Program-made: the position numbers and the translations under genes | Notes under the pieces: model-generated | What the model was told of the DNA's origin: nothing | Database searches by the model: none | Seen by the model: only the letters and a program-made list of their open reading frames with translations | Shown: in pieces, positions 36,594-47,644 of the stretch | Position numbering within the stretch: position 1 is the first letter of the stretch | Layout of the letters: each line of letters starts with the position of its first letter | Origin: a bacterium | Lineage (GTDB): Bacteria > Bacillota_I > Bacilli_A > RF39 > UBA660 | Assembly (NCBI GenBank): GCA_022779465.1 | Contig: JALFTB010000003.1 | Coordinates: 638 to 64,637 of the forward strand | Length of the DNA: 64,000 nt | Direction: 5' to 3'

Positions 36594-37673
36594 ATGAAAA
36601 AAATAATGACATTCTTAATAGTAGCTTTATTAACTCCTTTTATAGTTAATGCTGATGGCTATAAAGTAATAAATCACTATATTGATAGTGAAATAGAAAT
36701 AGGTGGAGCCCTAAACGTTAAAGAATTAGTAATAATTGAAGGTACAACAGATTTTTTATCTCGCAAATTGAATTATTATAGCTTTGGAGATAAAGCTTGG
36801 GACAATAAAACTGTTGAATTAGATAATGGAACTATTTATAACGGTCAAGGTATAAGTATTTCTAGAGTATCAGCTTTTGAAGTAGGGGATAAAGATACAT
36901 TTGATTTTAATACTTTAGATTCAAAAGTAACTAAAAACTTTAGTGAATTAGATTTAGATAATCCTCAAAATAATACATATACATTTCACGATAATGAAGA
37001 TGGTACAGGTAACTTAAAAATCTTCTATCCGGTTAAAAAAAAGAAAGTAGCGTTCTTTTTTCAATATGCAGTAACTAATGTAGTAGTAAAACATAATGAT
37101 GTTAAAGAATTAAACTATACTTTTAAAAATCTAAAATATAATGCAGAAGCTACTTATTTAAGAGTAATCTTACCTTATCCAACCAAAGATGATTTATATC
37201 ACTTTTGGATGCATGGTAATCAAAGTGGTACCCTAAGAGAAATAACTTATGAAAATGGTAATAAAGCTGGTGCCTACGTTTATTTTCCAACCATCAAAGA
37301 AGAAGTAAATGTCAGAGTTACTTTACCTCAAGAACACGTTGGAGTAGATTTATTCTTACATAAATCAAATGTAAATGCTTTAGATGATATTATTAAGATT
37401 GAATCAAAGAAAGCAAGTAATACAACCAAAGGTCAAAAAGTTCAAAATATTACAAAATATACCGTATGGATTTTAAGTGGAATATATGTAATTGCATCTA
37501 TCTTAATGTATTTATTCTTTGATAAAATGATTTATATTTTCTATTCAATTTTTGGTTTATTAATAATTTTAGTTAATTTCCTATTTAAATTTAACTATTG
37601 GTATATATATTTAGTAATTTTACTTCCAATAATCATTGGAATCTTAAAAAGAAAGAAATTATTTGTCAAATAA
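36594..37673 (+). CDS. DUF2207-like membrane protein
   Basis: Signal peptide, G.LNVKE, Y.VTNVV..HNDV.EL and W.HG...G; C-terminal TMs; ATG at 36594 after AAGGTG. Confidence 0.7.
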   Translation: MKKIMTFLIVALLTPFIVNADGYKVINHYIDSEIEIGGALNVKELVIIEGTTDFLSRKLNYYSFGDKAWDNKTVELDNGTIYNGQGISISRVSAFEVGDKDTFDFNTLDSKVTKNFSELDLDNPQNNTYTFHDNEDGTGNLKIFYPVKKKKVAFFFQYAVTNVVVKHNDVKELNYTFKNLKYNAEATYLRVILPYPTKDDLYHFWMHGNQSGTLREITYENGNKAGAYVYFPTIKEEVNVRVTLPQEHVGVDLFLHKSNVNALDDIIKIESKKASNTTKGQKVQNITKYTVWILSGIYVIASILMYLFFDKMIYIFYSIFGLLIILVNFLFKFNYWYIYLVILLPIIIGILKRKKLFVK

Positions 37674-37743
37674 AAAGTCCTTTGTTTACACAAAAGACTT
37701 TTTATTATAATTATTATGGTAAACTATTGAAGAGGCGATAAAT

Positions 37744-39231
37744 ATGGCAAAAAAACAAAAAAAGACTACAAATAAATTTTATAAAATATTATCTTTTATT
37801 TTAGTATTTATTACAGTACTAGCAGTAAATGTAATTATATACTTTAATGTATTACCAAATAAATACCTAATTCCTGCCGTAATTGTTGTAGGATTATTAA
37901 CTTTGGTAATCGCACTTTTCTTAAACAAGAAAACTAAAATATTTGCTAAAATGATTTGTACTATTGCATCAGTTCTCATCTTGGCTATTGAAGCTTTAGG
38001 AATATTCTATGCTTTTGGTACAATTGATTTCTTTAATGATATCTTCGATAATGGGGTAAGATCAGAAAGTTATGCTATTTATGTTAAAGAAGATAGTACT
38101 TTTAAAACAGTTAATGATATTAAAAGAAGAAACATTGCAGTATTTAATCCTAATGAAGAAAATGTTAAAACTGCCGTATCATTACTAGAAAACATGATTA
38201 AATTTAAAAAAGTAGATTATGAATCTCAAACTGATGCCATCAACTCAGTTTTAAATGATGAAAATGTTGCACTTATTATGCAAGAAGCTTTAATGGATAT
38301 TTTCTTAGATGAACATCCTGACACTAAATTAAGAGTATTAGATACAATCGATGTCAAAACTAAAACTATGAATAAATTTAAAAAAGTAGACGTAACTAAA
38401 GATTCATTTGTTATTTATTTAAGTGGAGTAGATACATCTGGAACTGTTCGTAAATCAGCAAGAAGTGATGTAAATGTTTTAGCTTTCGTAAATCCAGATA
38501 ACAGTAAAATCTTACTACTAAGTACGCCAAGAGATTATTATGTTACTCTAGCTACTAAAAATGCTAAAGATAAATTAACTCATGCTGGTATTTACGGAGT
38601 AGAAGAAAGCTCTAAAACTTTAGGTAAACTTTATGGTGTCGATGTTAACTATTATGCTAGAGTAAACTTTACTTCATTTGTTAAAATAATTAATAACTTA
38701 GGTGGCATTACCGTAGATGTCGAAAAACCAGACTATCGTTATAGTCAAGGAATTGATTGTGGCTCTGGTTATGTATGCACAGATAACTCTAAAAGAGAAA
38801 ACGGCAATAACGTTAACTACATCAAATATGGCACTCAAAAATTAACTGGCGAACAAGCTCTAACATATGCTCGAAACAGATATCAATATAAAGAAGGCGA
38901 TAATGCTAGACAATTACATCAACAACAAATCCTAAAAGCCATGATGACTAAAGCTTTAAGTAGTTCAAATACTATAACTAAATATAATACAATCTTAAAA
39001 GATCTATCAAAAGGTTTAATTACTAATGTTGACCAAGATACAATCACTAAATTAATTAATATGCAACTTAATGAAAATATTAAATGGCAAATAGATACTT
39101 ATGCTGTAACTGGAACAGGAGCAAGCAAAAAAACATATTCAACTGGTAACTACAATGTTTATGTTATGGAACCAAACGAAGAATCAATTGCCGAAGCAAA
39201 ACAAAAAATAAAAGAAGTAATGGAGAGTTAA
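37744..39231 (+). CDS. LCP (LytR-CpsA-Psr) family cell-wall phosphotransferase
   Basis: YLSGVD, RSDVN, STPRDYYV, DKLTHAGIYG, RVNFTSF and GDNAR..HQQ. Confidence 0.93.
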   Translation: MAKKQKKTTNKFYKILSFILVFITVLAVNVIIYFNVLPNKYLIPAVIVVGLLTLVIALFLNKKTKIFAKMICTIASVLILAIEALGIFYAFGTIDFFNDIFDNGVRSESYAIYVKEDSTFKTVNDIKRRNIAVFNPNEENVKTAVSLLENMIKFKKVDYESQTDAINSVLNDENVALIMQEALMDIFLDEHPDTKLRVLDTIDVKTKTMNKFKKVDVTKDSFVIYLSGVDTSGTVRKSARSDVNVLAFVNPDNSKILLLSTPRDYYVTLATKNAKDKLTHAGIYGVEESSKTLGKLYGVDVNYYARVNFTSFVKIINNLGGITVDVEKPDYRYSQGIDCGSGYVCTDNSKRENGNNVNYIKYGTQKLTGEQALTYARNRYQYKEGDNARQLHQQQILKAMMTKALSSSNTITKYNTILKDLSKGLITNVDQDTITKLINMQLNENIKWQIDTYAVTGTGASKKTYSTGNYNVYVMEPNEESIAEAKQKIKEVMES

Positions 39232-39795
39232 ATGTATCAAAATAAATTAAAAGACATCTTAAATGATTTAGAAAACCCTAATACTCATATTGCTGGAGGA
39301 AGCGTAGTTGGTGTAGTTTTATCAACAATTAATAGTCTAATAATCTATAGTTGTAACCTAACAATTGGCAAACCTAAATATCAAGAAGTTGAACCACAGG
39401 TAAAAGATATTCTTACAAAAGCTCAAACAAATAAAGAAAAATCACTTAATTCAATTGATCAAGATAATGACATCTTAGAAGAACTCCTTTCAAAATATAA
39501 AACTAGAAAAGAAGATCCAGAAAGCTATGAAGAAATATGCACTAAAGCTGTAGAATTTGCTTTAGAAGTTATATCTCTTGCATATCAAACTAAAGAATTA
39601 TCTAAAGAAATATCTAAAGTTGGAAATAAAATGTTATCAAGTGATTATAATATTTGCTTATATTTAAGTGAAGCAGCCATTAAATCAAGTTATGAAAACT
39701 ATTATATTAACTTAGGTGGCATCCAAAATGAAGAAATCAAAAATAATTTTAATCAAACATTATTAGAAATAGAAAACAAATATAAAGGAGAGTAA
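39232..39795 (+). CDS. fchA: Methenyl-THF cyclohydrolase / formiminotransferase-cyclodeaminase C-domain family
   Basis: AGGSV, NLTIGKPKY, IDQD, GNKMLSSD and N..INL; adjacent to folD. Confidence 0.8.
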   Translation: MYQNKLKDILNDLENPNTHIAGGSVVGVVLSTINSLIIYSCNLTIGKPKYQEVEPQVKDILTKAQTNKEKSLNSIDQDNDILEELLSKYKTRKEDPESYEEICTKAVEFALEVISLAYQTKELSKEISKVGNKMLSSDYNICLYLSEAAIKSSYENYYINLGGIQNEEIKNNFNQTLLEIENKYKGE

Positions 39796-39796
39796 A

Positions 39797-40612
39797 ATGA
39801 TCACATTAGAAGGAAAACCAGTAACTGAAAAAATAATTGAAAGAATAACTGAAAAACAAGCTAAATTAACCAAGCAACCTTGTTTAGCAGTTTTAGGTAT
39901 TGAAGGTGATGATGCCAGCAATGTTTATATTGGTAGAATTGAAAAAAACTGTGCTAAATATAATATTGACTTTAAATTATTAATGGCTAAAGATGAAACT
40001 GAATTTAAAAATAATTTTAATGAAGTCAAAGATAATCCTGAAATAACTGGTATTATGTTCCAAGAACCTTTACCACATACATGTGCTTCATTAATTAATG
40101 AATTACCCGCTCATAAAGATGTTGAAGGACTAAACATTATCAATGCCGGTAAATTAATGCTAGGACAAGAAGACGCAAACATCCCATGTACTAGTAAAGC
40201 CGTTATTGAAGTATTGGATTACTATAATATCGATATAACAGGTAAAAAAGTTGTTATTATGGGAAGAAGTAATATTGTTGGTAAACCATTAATCTTCCAA
40301 TTACTAAAAAAGAATGCAACTGTTACTATATGTCATTCTAAAACCATTAATTTAAAAGAAGAACTTCAAACCGCAGATATTATTGTCATGGCAATCGGTA
40401 AAGCAAAATTCTTAACTAAAGATTATATTAAAGAAAATGCAATTCTTATTGATGTCGGAATCAATTTTGAAGATGGTAAAATGGTAGGGGATATTGATTT
40501 TGAAAGCATCCAAGACAAAGCTTCAATGTGCACACCAGTACCAGGTGGTATCGGACCAATTACCAATGTTCTTTTAATTGAAAATATTATTACAAATGCT
40601 CTAAGAGATTAA
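39797..40612 (+). CDS. folD: Methylene-THF dehydrogenase FolD
   Basis: KDVEG, PCT, GRSNIVGKP, ATVTICHS, IDVGIN and TPVPGGIGP. Confidence 0.93.
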   Translation: MITLEGKPVTEKIIERITEKQAKLTKQPCLAVLGIEGDDASNVYIGRIEKNCAKYNIDFKLLMAKDETEFKNNFNEVKDNPEITGIMFQEPLPHTCASLINELPAHKDVEGLNIINAGKLMLGQEDANIPCTSKAVIEVLDYYNIDITGKKVVIMGRSNIVGKPLIFQLLKKNATVTICHSKTINLKEELQTADIIVMAIGKAKFLTKDYIKENAILIDVGINFEDGKMVGDIDFESIQDKASMCTPVPGGIGPITNVLLIENIITNALRD

Positions 40613-40670
40613 ATATCTCTTTTTTTAATTAACTTGTTTTGATATAATTATAAAAGAATAGAGTGATGGT

Positions 40671-43349
40671 ATGAAAAATAAAAAAGGATTTACACTAATT
40701 GAATTAGTAATTGCAATCGGTTTATTAAGCATATTTGCCATAACAATAGGAATATCTTTAAATCGAACATTGAAATCTCAAAAACTAAAAGAACAACAAG
40801 AATTTGTTGAAAAAATTAAATCAGCTGCTAATCTATATGCAACCAATAATAGTAATATTGTAAATAATCTAAGTAAAGAGAAAGGTTTTGTAACAATAAC
40901 CATTGAGGATTTAACTAATGGCGGATATCTTAGTGAAAATACTATAGATTCAAGCACCAATGAAAAAGTTGATAAAAGTCAAAAAATTAAAATAAGTTAT
41001 GATGCTAATGGAACTATAAAAATCGATTATCCATATGATAAAGAAGATGATTATCTTCAAGCCTTAGATATTTATATTAATTTAGGTGATAATTCAATTA
41101 CTGATTATTGCTTTCATGACTTAGGAACAAGTAACTTATCATATGTTAATAGTGAAACAGGTTCATTCGATCATGATTATATAACATCAAAAGGATCAGA
41201 TGGCAATTATCAAAATATTAACTGTAATCAAGGAAAAATATATACAACATCACCAGGAACTTACCGTATAATTTATAATTATAAACTAAAAAATAAAAAT
41301 ACTTGGAAAAGAAAAACGAGAAATGTTGTCGTTGTTGATAACGTCGCTCCAACTTGTGTAATAACTGGAAATAGAGAAGCCAATGCTCCATGGCGTTATG
41401 AAGGCTTAACAGACTTTTCTGTTGGATGCAATGATGCTGGTGGTTGCTTAAATGTAACTCAACCTAAATCACCATTAATAAACATGAAAACAGAAACTGT
41501 TACTATTCAAGATAAAGCCGGTAATAAAACTATTTGCACCTTAAATGTATATTCAGATCAAATTAAACCTACCTGTACCCAAAATAACACTCCAACTTCA
41601 TGGACTAATCAAAATAGAACTATTACTACTAAATGTAACGATACATTAAGTGGATGTGTCGAAGGAACTACAACTAAAACTTATACTAGTGATAAGTTAA
41701 ATGATACATTCTTAGTATATGATAATGCTGGAAATGCCGGGGAATGTAATGTAATCGTTAAGGTAGATAAAACTCCACCAGTTGTTAGTTTAAGTCCATC
41801 ATATAGTGAAAGTGATGGAAGTATAACTATAACTGCCACTGCTGAAGACCCATTAAGTGGAGTAGTGCAATATATGTTTAGTGAAAATGCCAATTTAACA
41901 GCATTCTCATCAGGCTGGAGCACATGGTCAACTGCTAAAGCTTCGGTAAGCTATAATAAAACTATCACAACCTTAGGTTCTACAACATGGTATTTCTATG
42001 CCAAAGATTCTGCTGGCAATGTAGCTAGAAGTGATGCTTTAACTATAAACTTATCAGCACCAATTCCCAATGCTCCAACTATAAATATTTCTAATCCTTA
42101 TCAAGTTAGAAAAGGTGGCACTGTTAATGCGGATATAACTTGGACTAGTGGTCAGAATGTCAGTGCATACTGTGTTCAATTAAAATCAGCCGCAGCACCA
42201 ACTGGTTCATCAAGTTGTTGGACATCTGTTTCCACAACTGTTAACAGTGTAAAAAGATCACTTACATTAAATGGTGGTGTTGGAAAATATAATTATGTTG
42301 CATACGTTAAAAACTCATCAGGTAAAATATCTCCCGTATCTAATACATCGTATGCCGAAGTAATTGATACAACTCCAACGACTCCTAAACTTAATATTAG
42401 TCCATATAGTGTAACTAGTGGTGGAAGCATAACCGCTAATGTTAGTTGGACTGGAAATGAAAACGTTAATGCCTTTTGCGTTGTAAAAAAAGGTTCAACC
42501 AAACCAACATCATCATCAAGCTGTTGGAATAGTGTTGCAACAACAAAAACAACTGGAACTTCTTCATTTAAAATTACTGGAAGTCCAGGCAAATACTATT
42601 ATGTTGCATACGTTAAAAATATTTACGGAGAAGTATCTGCTGCTTCTAATGAAGACTATGGTGAAATCAAGGCCACAAAGCCTAGCAAACCTACATTATC
42701 AACAAGTACAAGCAAAACAACAATTGGAAACAAAGTAACCCTAACAGCTAAGTGGACCAGTGGACAAGATGTTACAGCATATTGTATCCGCTCAACTGCC
42801 TATGCTGCTCCAACCGCATCTTCAGATTGTTGGACATCTACTACAACATCTAAAACATCTGGCACAAGAACTCTAACATTCTCATACACCGGCACTTATA
42901 CTTATAAAGCATATGTTAAAAATTCAAGTGGATTAATTTCTGATGCATCAAACGCTGTAACTATAACAATAACTATTAATTCCAATGGAGATAAATATTT
43001 CTGCTGGTATGTATTAAAACAATCTGATGGCACTCTAAAAGTAAGAACTAGAGATGATGCTAGTTCTTTAACATCATCTCTAATTTGTCGTAATCAACCA
43101 GCTGGATCTAAAAATATTTACAATATTTATAAGAATAGTACTGTAACGTATAGTTCATTCTGGGGAGAATCAAATTTTACCAAATCTGATGGAACTCATA
43201 ATTATGGTTGGTATCATGTTTCCGGTAGTGTAGAGCCAAATGGTACAAAACATTCTATTACATGTTATTCTGCCTTTTATTACACAGCACAATCATGTTC
43301 TGACTGTATAAGTAATGACCATTGTACAACATCAAGAGTTTTAAAATAG
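40671..43349 (+). CDS. Giant type IV prepilin-like protein with Ig-like repeats
   Basis: KKG|FTLIEL class III signal; PTC...D.AGN repeats; three W.SGQ.V.AYC...CW...AYVKN repeats. Confidence 0.85.
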   Translation: MKNKKGFTLIELVIAIGLLSIFAITIGISLNRTLKSQKLKEQQEFVEKIKSAANLYATNNSNIVNNLSKEKGFVTITIEDLTNGGYLSENTIDSSTNEKVDKSQKIKISYDANGTIKIDYPYDKEDDYLQALDIYINLGDNSITDYCFHDLGTSNLSYVNSETGSFDHDYITSKGSDGNYQNINCNQGKIYTTSPGTYRIIYNYKLKNKNTWKRKTRNVVVVDNVAPTCVITGNREANAPWRYEGLTDFSVGCNDAGGCLNVTQPKSPLINMKTETVTIQDKAGNKTICTLNVYSDQIKPTCTQNNTPTSWTNQNRTITTKCNDTLSGCVEGTTTKTYTSDKLNDTFLVYDNAGNAGECNVIVKVDKTPPVVSLSPSYSESDGSITITATAEDPLSGVVQYMFSENANLTAFSSGWSTWSTAKASVSYNKTITTLGSTTWYFYAKDSAGNVARSDALTINLSAPIPNAPTINISNPYQVRKGGTVNADITWTSGQNVSAYCVQLKSAAAPTGSSSCWTSVSTTVNSVKRSLTLNGGVGKYNYVAYVKNSSGKISPVSNTSYAEVIDTTPTTPKLNISPYSVTSGGSITANVSWTGNENVNAFCVVKKGSTKPTSSSSCWNSVATTKTTGTSSFKITGSPGKYYYVAYVKNIYGEVSAASNEDYGEIKATKPSKPTLSTSTSKTTIGNKVTLTAKWTSGQDVTAYCIRSTAYAAPTASSDCWTSTTTSKTSGTRTLTFSYTGTYTYKAYVKNSSGLISDASNAVTITITINSNGDKYFCWYVLKQSDGTLKVRTRDDASSLTSSLICRNQPAGSKNIYNIYKNSTVTYSSFWGESNFTKSDGTHNYGWYHVSGSVEPNGTKHSITCYSAFYYTAQSCSDCISNDHCTTSRVLK

Positions 43350-43431
43350 GTTAGTTTTATCTAGCCTTTTTTTCTTTTCATAATTATGTTATTATATTCC
43401 TATAAAATGTAATTAAAAAGGAGATCTAAAA

Positions 43432-45174
43432 ATGAATTTAATTATTAAAATTGAAAATTTAATCAAAGAACTAATAACTAAATTAGGCTACGAAGACGAC
43501 GTTAAAATTATCGTAAGTGGGAGACCAGAATTTGGTGACTACCAATACAATAGTGCCTTTAATTTAGCTAAAAAATATCATAAAAATCCAATACAAATCG
43601 CCGATGAAATAACAGCAGAACTATCAAAAGAAGATTTATTTGAAACTGTCACAAATGTCAATGGATTTATAAATTTAAAATTAAGTGATAAAGCCTTAAT
43701 TAATTACATGAACGAAGTTATTAAAGACTTTAGTATCAACACATATCATATCGATACTGATGAAACTATCTTTTTAGATTATGGTGGTGCCAATGTTGCC
43801 AAAGCTCTTCATGCTGGTCATCTAAGAAGTCCTAATATCGGAGAAGCACTAAAAAGATTATGTGAAGCCGTAGGTTATAAAACCATAAGTGATGTTCACT
43901 ATGGTGACTGGGGTAGACCAATGGGATTAATAATCTGTGAAATAAAACATCGTTTCCCAGATTCACCATTCTTTAATCCTAATCTAGATGAGTATCCTAC
44001 CGAAAGCCCAGTATCATTAGAAGACCTATATGAAATATACCCACTAGCAAGCAGTAAATCTAAAGAAGATGAAAACTATCTTAATGAAGCTAGAGAACTA
44101 ACAGTAGCTCTTCAAAATAAAACTAAAGGTATTTACGATTTATATCAAGCCTTCACTAAAATATCAATGGATGATATTAAAGACATCTATAAAAAATTAA
44201 ATGCAACATTCGATTTACATGAAGGTGAAAGAGATGCTGATGATTATATTCCAGAATTATTAAAATATCTTAAAGATAATAATTTAACTGAAATAAGTAA
44301 TGGAGCAACCATCATTGATGTTAAAGAAGAAACTGATAAAAAAGAAATCCCACCAGTTATCCTAATTAAAAGTAATGGTGGAGTATTATATGACACAACC
44401 GAATTAGCAACTCTTTATTCAAGAGTTAAAAGATTCGATGCTAAAAAATATTTTTATCTAACTGACATCAGACAAGAATTACATTTTGTTCAAGCTTTCC
44501 GTGCTGCTCATAAAACTCATATTGTTCCTGATGATATCGATTTAGAATGGTTTGGTTTTGGAACCCTTAATGGAACCGATGGAAAACCATTTAAAACCAG
44601 AGATGGTGGTGTTATGAGTTTAAGAGAACTAATTAAACTAGTAAGTACTGAAACCAGAAAAGTGATTAAAGATAATATACCTGAAGAAGAAAAAGACGAA
44701 TTAGCTGAAAAATTAGCAATTGCTGCTATTAAATATGCTGATCTTTTACCAAATAGAGCAAGTGACTACATCTTTGATCCAATTAAATTTAGTGATATCA
44801 ATGGTAAAACTGGAACCTATTTACTTTATAGTACCGTAAGAATGTCATCATTATTAAATAAAGCCAAAAAAGAAAATATTATTCCTAACGAATATAAATT
44901 AATTTCAACTCCTGAAGAAAGAGATATAATTATTAACTTATTAAATTTAAGAAACACAATTGAAAAATCTATGGCCACAAGAACCTTAAATGAAATATGT
45001 GAATATCTTTATAGATTAACTAGTTCATTTAATGCCTTCTATTCAAATCACGAAGTAATTACTGAACCAGATGAAACAAAAAAAGAAAGTTATATTTCCT
45101 TAATTAAATTAGTACATGATACCAATAAATATTTACTTAATATTTTAGCTATCGATGTACCAAATAAGATATAA
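43432..45174 (+). CDS. argS: Arginine-tRNA ligase
   Basis: FGDYQ, ANVAKALHAGHLRS (HIGH-type), GDWG, KPFKTRDG and F.AFY. Confidence 0.95.
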   Translation: MNLIIKIENLIKELITKLGYEDDVKIIVSGRPEFGDYQYNSAFNLAKKYHKNPIQIADEITAELSKEDLFETVTNVNGFINLKLSDKALINYMNEVIKDFSINTYHIDTDETIFLDYGGANVAKALHAGHLRSPNIGEALKRLCEAVGYKTISDVHYGDWGRPMGLIICEIKHRFPDSPFFNPNLDEYPTESPVSLEDLYEIYPLASSKSKEDENYLNEARELTVALQNKTKGIYDLYQAFTKISMDDIKDIYKKLNATFDLHEGERDADDYIPELLKYLKDNNLTEISNGATIIDVKEETDKKEIPPVILIKSNGGVLYDTTELATLYSRVKRFDAKKYFYLTDIRQELHFVQAFRAAHKTHIVPDDIDLEWFGFGTLNGTDGKPFKTRDGGVMSLRELIKLVSTETRKVIKDNIPEEEKDELAEKLAIAAIKYADLLPNRASDYIFDPIKFSDINGKTGTYLLYSTVRMSSLLNKAKKENIIPNEYKLISTPEERDIIINLLNLRNTIEKSMATRTLNEICEYLYRLTSSFNAFYSNHEVITEPDETKKESYISLIKLVHDTNKYLLNILAIDVPNKI

Positions 45175-45201
45175 AAAAAGAAAGTTTTGCACTTTCTTTT
45201 T

Positions 45202-45396
45202 TTAGTTATTAAAATTATTATTGTTGTTGCCGCCCCAACTCCAACCAGCTCCAATGATAATTACAAGTAAAATAAATAATACAATCCATAAAGCAGCACC
45301 TAGACCATAACCTTGAGTATTTCCTACATAACCGGCATTACAACATGGAGAACCATAACCTTGATTATAACCACCATTATATCCATAGTAATACAT
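45202..45396 (-). CDS. YjcZ/SscA-like small protein
   Basis: Gly/Tyr-rich N-terminus followed by ALWIVLFILLVIIIG, resembling the YjcZ motif; GGAGG RBS. Confidence 0.7.
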   Translation of the reverse strand: MYYYGYNGGYNQGYGSPCCNAGYVGNTQGYGLGAALWIVLFILLVIIIGAGWSWGGNNNNNFNN

Positions 45397-45530
45397 ATTA
45401 AAACCTCCTTTGTATCTACTATAGTGTACTCAAATAGGCTCCAAATGGTTAATAAAAATTAATGTAAATTTACATCATAAACATAGGAGAACCTATCTAC
45501 CTATGTTATAATTATATAAGGTGGGAAAGT

Positions 45531-46079
45531 ATGTACGGATATATAAAAGGAAAAATTACTTATGTAACAAGTAATTATATAATTATAGATAATAATGGAA
45601 TAGGATATATTATTTTTGTAGCTAATCCATATTCTTATGAAGAAAATAAAGAATATTTAATTTATACATACAACTATATAAATGAAAATGAAAACTCATT
45701 ATATGGTTTTATTAGTATGGATGAAAAAGAATTATTCTTAAAATTAATTAACGTTAAAGGACTAGGACCAAAAACTGCTATGCCAATGTTAGCAACCGGT
45801 TCTGTAAATGGAATCAAAGATGCTATCGACAGGGAAAACGTTCTTTATTTAAAGAAATTCCCTAAAGTAGGAGATAAACTAGCAAGACAAATGATTCTTG
45901 ATTTAAAAGGTAAATTAGCTAACGTCGAAGGAGATTCTACTGAATCAACTGAATTAGTTGAAGTTCTAGAAAACCTAGGCTATAAAACTGCTGATATTAA
46001 GAAAATATTACCTAAAGTAAATAAAGAATTAAGATTAGAAGACCAAATAAAAGAAGCTTTAAAATTAATGCTTAGATAG
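45531..46079 (+). CDS. ruvA: Holliday junction protein RuvA
   Basis: YIKGK, GIGY, LYGF, LINVKGLGPKTA and LENLGY. Confidence 0.93.
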   Translation: MYGYIKGKITYVTSNYIIIDNNGIGYIIFVANPYSYEENKEYLIYTYNYINENENSLYGFISMDEKELFLKLINVKGLGPKTAMPMLATGSVNGIKDAIDRENVLYLKKFPKVGDKLARQMILDLKGKLANVEGDSTESTELVEVLENLGYKTADIKKILPKVNKELRLEDQIKEALKLMLR

Positions 46080-46081
46080 AA

Positions 46082-46642
46082 GTGAAAGGAAGTATCATAA
46101 TGAGTAACATAAAAACAATTGGAATAGATATCGATGATACTATCACTAATACCTTTGATAAAGCTGAAGAATATCTAATAAATCATATTGAATATATACC
46201 TTACGACGAATTATATGAAGGAAAAACTGAGCGAGCAATTAACTTTGCTAAAGAAAGATTAGAAACAATTCAAAGAGAATGTTTACCTAAAGAACATGCT
46301 ATTGAAGTAATTAAAAGATTAAAAGATAAAGGATATAAAATAATAATCATAACCGCTAGAGGTTCAGAATTAAAATATGATCATGAAAAAATAACTAAAG
46401 ATTATTTTAAGAAATATAACATTCCTTATGATGACATGATATTTTCCTCAATCAATAAAGGATTAGACTGTAAAAATAATAATATTGATATTTTAATTGA
46501 TGATCGTGAAGAAAATTTAGATAGTGCTATTGATTATGGAATCATTCCAATTAAGTTTAAAAGTGTTAGAGAACCAGTAAGTAAATATCCAACATTTGAT
46601 AATTGGTTATATTTAGAAAAATATCTAGAAGGGGAGTTTTAA
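46082..46642 (+). CDS. HAD-family 5'(3')-nucleotidase-like phosphatase
   Basis: IGIDIDDTI, IITAR, K and LIDD motifs. Confidence 0.85.
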   Translation: MKGSIIMSNIKTIGIDIDDTITNTFDKAEEYLINHIEYIPYDELYEGKTERAINFAKERLETIQRECLPKEHAIEVIKRLKDKGYKIIIITARGSELKYDHEKITKDYFKKYNIPYDDMIFSSINKGLDCKNNNIDILIDDREENLDSAIDYGIIPIKFKSVREPVSKYPTFDNWLYLEKYLEGEF

Positions 46643-47644
46643 ATGGAAAGAATTATAACAAGTGAAGAACTAGAATCAGATAAATTTGAAACTAATATTA
46701 GACCACAACGTTTTGGTGAATATATTGGTCAAAATGAAGTAAAAGAAAATATTAAAGTTTTTGTTGAAGCTGCTAAAATGAGAGATGAAGCTTTAGATCA
46801 TGTGTTACTATATGGCCCTCCAGGACTAGGTAAAACCACTTTAGCACATATTATTGCTAATGAACTTGGAACCAACATTAAAACTACAACTGGACCAGCC
46901 CTAGAAAAAAGTGGTGATCTAGCCGCTGTTTTATCAACACTTGAACCCGGAGATGTCTTATTTATTGATGAAATTCATCGCATTCCTAAGTTCATTGAAG
47001 AAATCCTTTATCCAGCAATGGAAGATTTTGAATTAGATATCGTCGTAGGCCAAGAAGGTTCAAGTAGAAGCATCAAAATAGACCTTCCACCATTTACCTT
47101 AGTTGGAGCTACCACTAGAGCAGGAGATATTTCGGCCCCTTTAAGAGACCGTTTTGGAATCGTATCTAAGTTAAACTATTACTCTGAAGAAGAACTAAAA
47201 GAAATAATTAAAAGAACCAGTAAAGTCCTAGAAATGGATATTACTGACGAATCAGCCTTAGAACTAGCAAAAAGAAGTCGTAAAACCCCAAGAATCGCCA
47301 ATAGATTATTTAAAAGAGTAAGAGATTTTGCCCAAGTAAAAGGTGAAAGTGAAATATCTATTGAAACAACCAAAGAAGCCTTAGAACGCTTAAAAGTAGA
47401 TACATATGGACTAGACCAAGTTGATATCGAATATCTAGAAAGCTTAATAAATAAATTTAATGGTGGTCCAGTTGGTGTTGAAACCATTGCATCATCAATC
47501 GGTGAAGAAGTATCAACCCTAGAAGATGTTGTTGAACCATATCTAATGCAAGAAGGATTTATTAAAAGAACCCAAAGAGGAAGAATTGCCACCGATAAAA
47601 GTTATAGTCACATTAAAAAACAAGGAGGAGGAACCCTATTTTGA
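46643..47644 (+). CDS. ruvB: Holliday junction helicase RuvB
   Basis: [33 protein letters not shown] and PLRDRFG. Confidence 0.97.
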   Translation: MERIITSEELESDKFETNIRPQRFGEYIGQNEVKENIKVFVEAAKMRDEALDHVLLYGPPGLGKTTLAHIIANELGTNIKTTTGPALEKSGDLAAVLSTLEPGDVLFIDEIHRIPKFIEEILYPAMEDFELDIVVGQEGSSRSIKIDLPPFTLVGATTRAGDISAPLRDRFGIVSKLNYYSEEELKEIIKRTSKVLEMDITDESALELAKRSRKTPRIANRLFKRVRDFAQVKGESEISIETTKEALERLKVDTYGLDQVDIEYLESLINKFNGGPVGVETIASSIGEEVSTLEDVVEPYLMQEGFIKRTQRGRIATDKSYSHIKKQGGGTLF

